A stretch of 64,000 nt of DNA, from the NCBI RefSeq assembly GCF_006345805.1, contig NC_043001.1, forward strand, positions 126,046,001 to 126,110,000. The letters run 5' to 3'. Every line of letters starts with the position of its first letter. Position 1 is the stretch's first letter. Below the pieces are notes generated by a model. It was not told where the DNA came from. It saw only the letters and a program-made list of their open reading frames with translations, and searched no databases. Of this stretch, positions 40,376 to 51,790 are shown one piece after another. The translations under genes were made by a program, and so were the position numbers. The DNA is from Octopus sinensis (lineage: Eukaryota).

Positions 40376-41386
40376 GGACCTTTTCCTTTTGAACAGCAGA
40401 CAATTTCTAGTTAACTAAACACTTTAAAACTTCGTATACTGGTAGAATACTCTTTTACTCTTTTACTTGTTCCAGTCATTTGACTGTGGCCATGCTGAAG
40501 CACCGCCTTTAATCGAGCAACTCGACCCCAGGACTTATTCTTTGTAAGCCCAGTACTTATTCTATCGGTCTCTTTTGCCGAACCGCTAAGTGACGGAGAC
40601 ATAAACACACCAGCATCGGTTGTCAAGCAATGCTAGGGGGACAAACACAGACACACAAACATACACACACACACATATATATATACATATATACGACGGG
40701 CTTCTTTCAGTTTCTGTCTACCAAATCCACTCACAAGGCTTTGGTCAGCCTGAGGCTATAGTAGAAGACACTTGCCCAAGGTGCCACGCAGTGGGACTGA
40801 ACCCGGAACCATGTGGTTGGTAAGCAAGCTACTTACCACACAGCCAAAATAAAACATTTTTTTCTCTTGGTTTTCTTGAGAAAATTGTAATTTGTTTAAC
40901 GTAGTTTAATTTTTCGAATTTTAACCAATCCTATGCTCTCTTTTGAGCTAAAATCATTTGCTGCGTCTAAAACTGAGACAACATCCTGTAACTAACCCTA
41001 ACCCCCCCCCCTAACCCTAACCCTAAATTTTTTTTTTAATTGTTATGTGTGTAAAAATAACTAAAGCAATGGAATTAAATTAATTTAACAATTAAGAAAA
41101 AAAAATTAGGGTTAGGGTTAGGGGGGAGGTTTAGGGTTAGTTACAGGATGTTGTCTCAGTTTTAGACACAGCAAATGATTTTAGTTGAATGGAGGTAATC
41201 GATTGGTTAAAATTGCCGAAATGCTCGGATTTTCAGACGAAATATCTTACTAAGTATAGAATTTTCTCAATAAAACCAAGAGAAAATGATGTTTTATAAA
41301 CACATTCTACCAGTATACAAAGTTTAAAAGTGTTTAGTTAACTAGAAATTGTGTTGACATGTGCCATTCAAAAGGAAAAGATCCTG
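40376..41386. mobile_element. TIR element with central inverted telomere-like (CCCTAA)n/(TTAGGG)n block
   Basis: Termini ggaccttttccttttgaa / ttcaaaaggaaaagatcc, arms complementary over several hundred bp, SINE-B in the left arm. Partial copy at 62300-62520. Confidence 0.75.
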
Positions 41387-41907
41387 TACTTCCACATAAA
41401 AGTGCCAGGGTGGTTCCACATAAAAGCACCCAGCACACTCTGTAAAGTGGTTGGTGTTGGGAAGGGCATCCAGCTGTGGAAGCCAAGCCAAATCAGACTG
41501 GAGGCTTGGTGCAGCTCCCCAGCTTGCCAGCTCTGGTCAAACAATCCAGCCTATGGACAACGGATGTTAAGTGATGATGATGATGATATATATATATATC
41601 ACCGTGATCACCGTGACTGACCAGGCTATCAGATGTTGCTACACATCGCTGGTCACAATGCGCTTCGCATTGTTTTAGCCTTCAAATGACGCCACCCCGC
41701 TGGCTAAGCGAGCAGGCCAACCGAAGAAAGAGTGAGAGAAAGTTGTGGTGAAAGAGTACAGCATGGATCGCCACCATCCCCTGCCGGAGCCTCGTGGAGC
41801 TTTAGGTGTTTCCGCTCAATAAACACTCACAATGCCCGGTCTGGGAATGAAACCGCGATCCTACGACCGCGAGTCCACTGCCCTAACCATTGGGCTATTG
41901 CGCCTCC

Positions 41908-42004
<97 letters not shown>

Positions 42005-42299
42005 TGTGCCTGTTTTTGTATCACCTCTTGACAATTGGTGTTGATGTCTTTACGTCCCTGTAACTTAGCAGTTCGGCAAAGAGAGACCGATAGAATAAGT
42101 ACCAGGCTTTTTTTTTTAAAAAAAAAAGAGGTGCTGGGGGTGATTTGTTCAGCTAAAACCCTTTAAGGTGGTACCCCAGCATGGCCACAGTGAAATGACT
42201 GAAACAAGTAAAAAAATAAAAGAATGGAAGAATAGTTGCACTTTTGAAAAATAATGACTCTTAAATAGATTTCACATATTTACCTTTTATTTATTCCAG

Positions 42300-44171
42300 G
42301 TATTTTGCTGATCATTTGGAGAAGGCTTGCCTCTACTTATACAAGAAATATTCTCTATTAGGAATCGATGGATTGGAAAGTAAAAGAGGTGGAGACATTT
42401 TCAAAGAGATGCTACCGGCAATTAAGTTTCTCTTCGTTACTCTTAAAGAACCAACCATAGAAAGACAAGCATATTTCATTACTAGTTTTAATTCTATGAA
42501 AACTTCTAAACCAGAAGAAATGGAAGACAGTATACGTAATGGTTGTAGTTTGAATAAAGAATATGAGAAGACAATGAAGGAACGAAATGAGAATTACAAA
42601 CAGTCTTCGTATGAAAGCAAGCCTGCTGCCACATTACAAAATAAGGATAGAAATTCAAAAGAGTCTGGGACAGTTTTAAGTGAAGAGAGGGTAAACAAGT
42701 GTATGGTAGACACTAATGTAGTAAGTGAGGTGAGACAGGACAGCTGTAGGATAGACTGCGATACAGTAACTAAAGAAAGGGGTCCTGAATGTATGGCAGA
42801 CCATAACGCAGTAACTAAAGAAAGGGATCCTGAATGTATGGCAGACCCTAATGCAGTAACTAAAGAAAGGGATCCTGAATGTATGGCAGACCCTAACGCA
42901 GTAACTAAAGAAAGGGATCCTGAATGTATGGCAGACCCTAATGCAGTAACTAAAGAAAGGGATCCTGAATGTATGGCAGACCCTAACGCAGTAACTAAAG
43001 AAAGGGATCCTGAATGTATGGCAGACCCTAATGCAGTAACTAAAGAAAGGGATCCTGATGTATGGCAGACCCTAACGCAGTAACTAAAGAAAGGGATCTG
43101 AATGTATGGCAGACCCTAATGCAGTAGTAACTAAAGAAAGGGATCTGAATGTATGGCAGACCCTAATGCAGTAACTAAAGAAAGGGGTCTGAATGTATGG
43201 CAGACCCTCACGCAGTAACTAAAGAAAGGGATCCTGAATGTATGGCAGACCCTAATGCAGTAACTAAAGAAAGGGATCCTGAATGTATGGCAGACCCTAA
43301 TGCAGTAACTAAAGAAAGGGGTCCTGAATGTATGGCAGACCCTAACGCAGTAACTAAAGAAAGGGATCCTGAATGTATGGCAGACCCTAATGCAGTAACT
43401 AAAGAAAGGGGCCCTGAATGTATGGCAGACCCTCATGCAGTAACTAAAGAAAGGGGTCTTGAATGTATGGCAGACCCTAATGCAGTAACTAAAGAAAGGG
43501 ATCCTGAATGTATGGCAGACCCTAATGCAGTAACTAAAGAAAGGGGCCCTGAATGTATGGCAGACCCTAACGCAGTAACTAAAGAAAGGGATCCTGAATG
43601 TTTGGCAGACCCTAATGCAGTAACTAAAGAAAGGGATCCTGAATGTATGGCAGACCGTAATGCAGTAATTCACAAAACAAAAGACAAATGTTCGGGAGAC
43701 AGCAATGTTTCTCATGCAAATGAAAAACAAGAACAAAATTATAAAGAAGAGTCAATAGAATCCAGCATTGAGTCTGGTTATGGCAGTTTAACTAATCCTT
43801 CACAAAATTCATCTGCTTACCTTCAGCCAAATCATTGTTCCTATAAGCAGCATTGCTTAAAACAGCGACCACAGCAAGATACGATACGTGCTTCTGCGTT
43901 GGAGAATTGTAGAAATGTTGGTTTGCATTCAGATCTGTCTATGAAAGATTTATCCAACATGTGTTTAGTTAACGTTAACTATTCGCTAGAGGAAGAAGAT
44001 GATGGAGTAGATGTTGAGGACAACAGTAATGATGGTGGTGATGGGACGGCCGGAGAAGATGTTAATGAAAAATATCAGGGGTCTGTGATTAACAGAAATG
44101 CTGAGAGAACATTACGTCATACTAGACAAGAACAATATAAAGAGAGGAAAACAATGAGACCGAAACTACTG
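42300..44171 (+). CDS. ALPK1: ALPK1-like exon 7, large exon: end of N-terminal domain plus low-complexity linker with 45-bp coding repeat; net -1 frameshift at 43057-43195 as assembled
   Basis: ttttatttattccag|g acceptor completes CA+G (phase 2). ORFs 42316-43083 and 43197-44300 carry the same repeat in different frames. Donor ctg|gtatgt at 44172 (phase 0) precedes a SINE. Confidence 0.8.
42775..43668 (+). repeat. Coding minisatellite, 20 x 45 bp (ERDPECMADPNAVTK)
   Basis: Unit gaaagggatcctgaatgtatggcagaccctaatgcagtaactaaa. Unit starts run from 42775 to 43629 (854 bp = 19x45 - 1). Confidence 0.97.
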
Positions 44172-44789
44172 GTATGTATGGAAATATATTCTTCTGAAAG
44201 AGTATACATTACATGTGATCACCGTGACCGACCAGGTTATCAGATGTTGCTACACATCGCTGGTCACAATGCGCTTTGCATTGTTTTAGCCTTCAAATGA
44301 CGCCACCCTGCTGGCTAAGCGAGCAGGCCAACAGAAGAAAGAGTGAGAGAAAGTTGTGGCGAAAGAGTACAGCAGGGATCGCCACCACTCCCTGCAGGAG
44401 CCTCGTGGAGCTTTAGGTGTTTTCGCTCACTAAGCACTCACAACGCCCGGTCTGGGAATCGAAACTGCGATCCTACGACCGTGAGTCCGCTGCCCTAACC
44501 ACTGGGCCATTGCGCCTCCATACATTACATGTACTAGAATTTATTTATTTATTTAAAGCTGTTCATTCACTCTGTTGGTACTCTGAATTTTTCAATTTAT
44601 GCATTTCACCAGGTAGCAACCCACACCGCCAATGTATGTATGTATAGTAATAATAACAATAATAATAATCCATGAATGTAATTCATAAATATTTTAATGC
44701 ATTGCTACGCACGTTTCCACAAATTATGTAGTGATGCATTAAGATAATTATAAATTCCATCCATGGATTATTGTTATTATTATTATTAA

Positions 44790-45410
44790 GGTGGCAAGCT
44801 GGCAGAATCATTAGTGCACTTAAGGCGGTGAGTTGGCAGAATTGTTAGCACGCCAGGTGAAATGCTTAGTGATATTTCATCTGCCGAGATCGACTTTGCC
44901 TTTCATCCTTTCGGGGTCGATTAAATAAGTACCAGTTACGCACTGGGGTCGATATAATCGTAACCCGTTTGTCTGTCCTTGTTTGTCCCCTCTGTGTGTA
45001 GCCCCTTGTGGGTAGTAAACAAATAGATATTTCATCTGCCTTTATGTTCTGAGTTCAAATTCCGCCAAGGTCGACTTTGCCTTTCACTCTTTCGAGGTCG
45101 ATAAATTAAGTACCAGTTACATACTGAGGTCAATGTAATCGACTTAATCCCTTTGTCTGTCCTTGTTTGTCCCCTCTATATTAAGCTCCTTGTGGGCAAT
45201 AAAGAAATAAGAATCATTAGTGCACTGAACAAAATGCTTAGTGATATTTTGCTCGTCACTATGTTCTGAGTTCAAATTCCACCAAGGTCGACTTTACCTT
45301 TCATCCTTTAGGGGTCGGTAAAATAAGTACCTGTTAAAAACTGGGGTCGATGTAATCAACTCATCCCCCACCCCCAAATTACTGCCCTTGTGGCAAAATT
45401 TGAAACCATT
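44790..45410 (+). mobile_element. Multimeric SINE-A cluster (head plus repeated bodies)
   Basis: Three successive gtcgactttgcctttca...aagtaccag blocks joined at aaagaaata/tatttc-like junctions. Confidence 0.75.
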
Positions 45411-45456
45411 ATTATTATTATTATTATTATATTATTATTATTATTATTATTATTAT

Positions 45457-46374
45457 CAGTAGTTTTATTTTTATAGCGTGCTTTCAATTCACTACCGAGC
45501 GCAGCTCTGTGTGCCTTGGGTGTGTGCTGTGATTTGTTGTGATGCTCTGATGGTTATTGTATGGAAAGTGTTCTGTGTAGGATGTGTGCAGTGCCTAGTA
45601 GTGCAATTTTCTGTATGTTATATGTGTTTGTAAGTCCTGGTGTTTTTGTTATGTATTTGTCTGAATATTTTTTTATCATGCCTAATGCACCTACTATGAT
45701 AGGAATTGTTTCTGTTTTCAGATTCCACATTCTAGTTACCTCTATTTCCAGGTCTTTGTATTTTGAGAGTTTCTCCATTTCTTTTAGAGACACGTTGTCA
45801 TCTGCCGGTATTGATACATCAATTAGAAAGCATTTTTTTTCTTCATGGTCTCTGACAACTATATCTGGTCTGTTGGCCTTAATTTCTCTATCTGTGTGTA
45901 TCGGCATATCCTAGAGTATGGTTGCTTTCTCGTTTTCTGTGACCTTTTCTGGTGTGTGCCTATACCATCTTTTTTCTGTTGTTATTCCATAATGTTGGCA
46001 TAGCTTCCAATGTATGTAGGTTCCAACTCTGTCACGTCTGTGAATATATTCCTTCTTAGCCAGGACTGGGCAGCTAGAGATAATATGATTTATTGTTTCT
46101 TGTCCATCTCCACATATTCTGCAGTTACTTGTAATATTTCTTTTCATTACATGTTTTTGGTAATTTCTGGTGGGGAGGCTTTGGTCTTGTGCTGCAATTA
46201 AAAATCCCTCTGTTTCTGCTTTGAGTCCTGAGCTTCTCAACCATTGCTGGGATTTTTCTTTGTCTATTTCTTTTGCATTTAGTTTAGTCCAGTATTTACC
46301 ATGAAGGGGCTTTTCTTGCCATCGTTTTATCATGGTTCGTTGCTGTTCTATTTTTAGTTTGGATTTCATTTGTT
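45457..46374 (-). mobile_element. R4/Dong-clade non-LTR retrotransposon, 5'-truncated 3' end (CCHC knuckle plus restriction-like endonuclease)
   Basis: CRICG...TINHIISSCP zinc knuckle and RPDIVV...LIDVSIP...KLSKY endonuclease motif. One nonsense codon (TAG where the other copy has TGG). Flanked by (TAA)n. Confidence 0.9.
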
Positions 46375-47149
46375 TATTATTATTATTATTATTACTACTA
46401 CTACTACTTTATATATATCCTACATTGTATTGGCATAGCTCAGTGCAACCCCAAAAACCTGTTATTGACAGTTGGTATCATAAAACTGTAGCTGGCATAA
46501 TATAATAGGAACTTTTATATGCATATTCAACAATGTTTCCTGTAAGCAAACTGAAAGAATATATTTTTTTATGTTTGCTACCCTCACACGTTTTTGCCAG
46601 TATATACACATTGAAGCTTTACTATAGTATCATAAATGTATCTACTGCTATTTCCAGTAAACATAGGTGCTTTGTTGTACCACTACTCTATATTTATATT
46701 TCTATCTTTACAGTGCTTTATTTTACTGGAAATTAAAACATTTGTATTGTAATATTTTATTTTCCATTGAAAATTTTTTCACTGTTCTCAGTCTGTTAAT
46801 GGCTAAGCATTCAGACGAGTATACTGGCATTGATATAGGAACATTTGAAATATTGCCCAGGTAAATTCAGCTGATGAAGACTAATCAAATTTACGATGAC
46901 AAACGTATTTGAAGAGTCAGAAACCCAGGTACTGGATTATCCAATTCTGGGTTGTCCATTTATATAATGTTCTTCCTAGAGGTAAGACAAAATTTTTTTA
47001 TGTTTGCTGCCCTCACGCATCTTTGCCAGTATATACACAATACACATCGAAGCTTTACTATAGTGTCGTAAATGTATTGACTGCTATTTCCAGTAAACAT
47101 TGGTGCTTTGTTGTACCACTACTCTATATTTATACATATATTTATACAT

Positions 47150-47570
47150 ATTCTGAACGCCTTACTTCCCTGGGTATGGACACATTGAAACTCCGATGTC
47201 TGGCAGCTGACTTGGCAGACACTCATAATATTAACAACCATCTTACAAACAATAACTCTGAGCACCTTTTCAAACGCCACCCGTCTAACACCCGTGGACA
47301 TATTTACAAAGTCAGAAAACAGCACAGCTCCCATGACTTTAGGAAACATTTTTTCACACTGAGAGTTGCTGAAGCATGGAACAAACTGCCGGCATCAGTT
47401 GTTAGTTGTCGGAGCACTGCATCCTTCAAAACTTCCATGCTTTCTGAGATTCGCCAACACTACACCTGATTTTCTCTCCTCTATACACACACAAGCATGT
47501 ATCTGACTCATACATTGTTCGCTTTCCAGACATTTGTACATTACTGCATATACTTTATTTGCACTTGAAG
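47150..47570 (+). mobile_element. CR1-clade LINE 3' fragment, second copy
   Basis: YSERLTSLGMDTLKLR...NTRGH...RVAEAWNKLP; near-identical to the 60.8-61.3 kb copy. Confidence 0.9.
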
Positions 47571-47880
47571 AATTTTAGTGAAATGAATTAACCTCCAGTA
47601 CTTTTTAAAAAGTACTGGTACATGTTCTATTGGTCTCTTTTGCTGAACTGCTAGGATATGGGGATGTAAATAAACCAACACTAGTTTCAAGTGGTGGTGG
47701 TGGAAATACAAATACACACATATATGATGGGCTTCTTTCAGATTCTGTATACCAAATCCATTCACGAGGCTTTGGTAGAAGACACCTACCTAAGGGTCCA
47801 TGCAGTGGGATTGAACCTGGAACCATGTCGTTTGGAAGCAAACTTCTTACCACACAGCCATGCCTGCACCTGTACTTATC

Positions 47881-49830
47881 TTTATATATAAAACTAAAGT
47901 TGTGTGTGTGTCTGTCTACTCTGATTTAGATTCCTAACTACTCCCACATTTTGCGGTGCAGTTTAACCAAAAGTGGGTATCTTATAGTCGTGATTCATAT
48001 CGAGCCCTTCTGGGTATTAGCACGCGTCTATGATGAGTCTACGATTAAAAAAAAAAATTTACCATCATTTTTCCGCATTTTTAATGATTTTTGCTCGGGT
48101 TATATAAGGGAAGTAACTCTCTAAAAATGCTTATATAGTTATTTCCCTTACAGACCCGAGCAACGCTGGGCGATACTGCTAGTATATATATATAGTAGAA
48201 ATATGTTACAAAAAGAAAATATAAAATACACGTGGAAATGTAAGGGTAAAATATGAAAAATCAACGAAAATGCACATTGCAAATAAAAAAAGGCTATTTA
48301 TGACAGGTAACTACAAATATATACATTTAGATCGACTGAGGTAGTAATAAGAGTAATAAAATAGCAGGTGCTTTCAAAGCGATGAATAGCTTTTTGCCGA
48401 AACCATGGTTCACTTTCTTCTCTTACTTTATTATTCTCATCTTATAATCATCTCATAATAATGACTTTTATGACTCTTATTACTACCTCAGTCCATCTAA
48501 ATGTATATATTTCTCGTTACCTGTCATAAATAGCCTTTTTTTTTAATTTGCAATGTGCATTTTCGTTGATTTTTCATATTTTACCCCTATATATATATAT
48601 ATCTATACAATAATATGTTACATTACTCGGTAGTCAAGATAAAACTCTGAGTTTCAGATGCCGAAGTGGAAATCCACAACACCATCTCTTCGGTTATCTG
48701 GCTATTTGAAAACGCTATGAAAAAATACCGTTAAATAAAGGGAAATTACTGTGTTATAACTCTGCTTGCCTGCGTACTGTTACGTTTTTGGTCCCCTAAA
48801 GAAAACAGATAGAACATGCTTTCTATGTTATGTCCCAAGAAGAATTTATATATTTTTATATATTTTTATATATTTTTTATGTATTTTTATATAATTTTTA
48901 TGACGAAAAATGCGAGCGATGTATAAGTATGCAGGCAAGCAGAGTTATAACACAGTAATTTCCCTTTATTTAACGGTATTTTTTCATAGCGTTTTCAAAT
49001 AGCCAGATAACCGAAGAGATGGTGTTGTGGATTTCCACTTCGGCATCTGAAACTTAGAGTTTTATCTTGACTACCGAGTAATGTAACATATTATTGTATA
49101 GATATATATATATATATAGGGGTAAAATATGAAAAATCAACGAAAATGCACATTGCAAATAAAAAAAAAAGGCTATTTATGACAGGTAACGAGAAATATA
49201 TACATTTAGATGGACTGAGGTAGTAATAAGAGTCATAAAAGTCATTATTATGAGATGATTATAAGATGATAATAATAAAGTAAGAGAACAAAGTGAACCA
49301 TGGTTTCGGCCAGAAGCTATTCATCGCTTTGAAAACACCTGCTATTTTATTACTCTTATTACTACCTCAGTCGATCTAAATGTATATATTTGTAGTTACC
49401 TGTCATAAATAGCCTTTTTTTATTTGCAATGTACATTTTCGTTGATTTTTCATATTTTACCCTTACATTTCCACGTGTATTTTATATTTTCTTTTTGTAA
49501 CATATTTCTACTATATATATATACTAGCAGTATCGCCCGGCGTTGCTCGGGTCTGTAAGGGAAATAACTATATAAGCATTTTTAGAGAATTACTTCCCTT
49601 ATATAACCTGAGCAAAAATCATTAAAAATGCGGAAAAATGATGGTAAATTTTTTTTTAAATCGTAGACTCATCGTAGACGCGTGCTAATACCCAGAAGGG
49701 CTCGATATGAATCACGACTATAAGATACCCGCTTTTGGTTAAACTGCACCGCAAAATGTGGGAGTAGTTAGGAATCTAAATCAGAGTAGACAGACACACA
49801 CACACACAACTTTAGTTTTATATATAAAGA
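47881..49830. repeat. About 1.95-kb nested inverted repeat (arms about 900 bp, spacer about 150 bp)
   Basis: Arms 47881-48778 and 48927-49830 are reverse complements, each containing an internal hairpin (about 48243-48360 vs 48466-48590). Confidence 0.92.
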
Positions 49831-50105
49831 TAAGTACAGGTGCAGGCATGGCTGTGTGGTAAGAAGTTTGCTTCTATTTACATAATATTGAGGTCTCTTT
49901 CTTTCTTTTGTTATCTTACCGTTTTATCAATATATATATATAGGCGCAGGAGTGGCTGTGTGGTAAGTAGCTTGCTAACCAACCACATGGTTCCGGGTTC
50001 AGTCCCACTGCGTGGCATCTTGGGTAAGTGTCTTCCGTTATAGCCTCAGGCCGACCAATGCCTTGTGAATGGATTTGGTAGACGGAAACTGAAAGAAGCC
50101 TGTCG

Positions 50106-50143
<38 letters not shown>

Positions 50144-50347
50144 ATATATGCCTCTGTGTGTTTGTGTGTCTGTGTTTGTCCCCGTCACTTAGCGGTTCGG
50201 CAAAAGAGGCCGATAGAATAAGTACTGGGCTTACAAAGAATAAGTCCCAGGGTCGATTTGCTCGACTAGAGGCGGTGCTCCAGCATGGCCGCAGTCAAAT
50301 GACTGAAACAAGTAAAAGAGTAAGAAAAAGAAAAAGAAAGTATATAT

Positions 50348-50437
<90 letters not shown>

Positions 50438-50648
50438 GAGAGTAGTGAAATCTCTGTTTTGTATGGAAGTATTCAGTCGATCAAATGTCTGAATTCCTTT
50501 TTGTGACATCAAGAAGCAAGCTTCTTACCACACTATGACTCCTGAGCCTACATTCGTATTTACTTTACAATTATATGAGGAATGTGTCAAAGTGAATGAT
50601 GACGATGGTGATATATGTTCTACTTATTTAATGTTTGTTTACTTACAG

Positions 50649-50844
50649 GTTTACCTGATTCTAGATGAGTCTATACTAACCTTCTTATATAATAATCAAG
50701 ATGACAGTATATTGACACAATTAACTTTGGATAACATTGGGAAGACTGACCTAACTCACGATGTACAAGATGGAGATCCTAATTTCAATTGGTCCGATGA
50801 TCAGTGTGATAATCTGGACAAGCAGATTATCAATCGACTTCAGA
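50649..50844 (+). CDS. ALPK1: ALPK1-like exon 8 (VYLILDESILTFLYNN...DKQIINRLQ)
   Basis: tttacttacag acceptor (phase 0), caga|gtaaat donor (phase 1). Open frame, phases join exons 7 and 9. Confidence 0.8.
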
Positions 50845-51494
50845 GTAAATATCTCTTTTTCTTCGTTTACATATCTTTTTGAAACAACAGAGAAATCCAT
50901 AGTTCCAGTAATTGTCTCTGGTTCTGCATTATGTTGAATGGATAAGGTGGCGAGCTGGCAGAAACGTTAGCACGCCGGGCGAAATGCGTAGCCGTATTTC
51001 GTCTGTCGTTACGTTGTGAGTTCAAATTCCGCCAAGGTCGACTTTGCCTTTCATCCTTTCGGGGTCGATAAATTAAGTACCAGTTACGCACTGGGGTCGA
51101 TGTAATCGACTTAATACCTATGTCTGTCCTTGTTTGTCCCCTCTATGTTTAGCCCCTTGTGGGTAATAAAGAAATAGGTATTAGTTCTCAATTTTACATT
51201 TGAAGTAGAAATCCTGCAGTGGGTAACTTCACCTTTCGGCCCTCTGTGGTCTTTAAATTCAAAATATTAGCTGAGTACTGGTTTAAAAAAAAACCAAAGA
51301 AAAGCATACAGACTGATGTCCTTTGTTAGTAAGAATGGGTTAGTAACACGTGTCATGTTTTTGCTAATTGCTTTAGGTGCCTATGTAGTCATGAGCAAAC
51401 ATAGACTCCCTCTTGGCCTCTTCATTATGGACCCAATATTCAAAATGTAGCATTACTACTGAGTTGACTGGAGCAATGTGAAATGAAACCCTTT

Positions 51495-51790
51495 GCTCAT
51501 GTATCCTGGTTCAGGAATTGAACACACATCCTTATGATCGTGAATCAAACACCCTAATCCTTAGTCTTTGTATCTCCATGTCCTGGCAATAGTTAAATTA
51601 ACTGAGACTAGTTAACAGAGAGCCATTCACAATTCTCAGCTGCAGTCTGTTGTTAGGAGAAACTCAAAAGAAACTAGTCTCAGTTAATTTAACTATTGCC
51701 CGGACATGGAGATACAAAGACTAAGGATTAGGGTGTTTGATTCATGATCATAAGGATGTGTGTTCAATTCCTGGACCAGGATACATGTTT
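51495..51790. repeat. Inverted duplication (about 115-bp arms)
   Basis: catgtatcctgg...aactgagactagtt / aactagtctcagtt...ccaggatacatg. Confidence 0.88.

Noticed and set aside
42775-43668. Regular repeat array considered as CRISPR-like
   Set aside because: The units are contiguous with no unique spacers, lie in frame within a eukaryotic exon, and have no cas genes nearby.
43131-43736. Minus-strand 201-aa ORF (FRIPFFSYCIRVCHT)n
   Set aside because: It is the antisense shadow of the 45-bp coding repeat.
44172-44300. C-terminal part of ORF 43197-44300 as coding sequence
   Set aside because: It runs past a gtatgt donor into a family C SINE tail; the phase-0 splice to exon 8 explains the gene better.
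50535-50648. Upstream extension of the exon 8 ORF (MTPEPTFVFTLQ...)
   Set aside because: It lies before a strong polypyrimidine/CAG acceptor at 50648 and is treated as intronic open frame.
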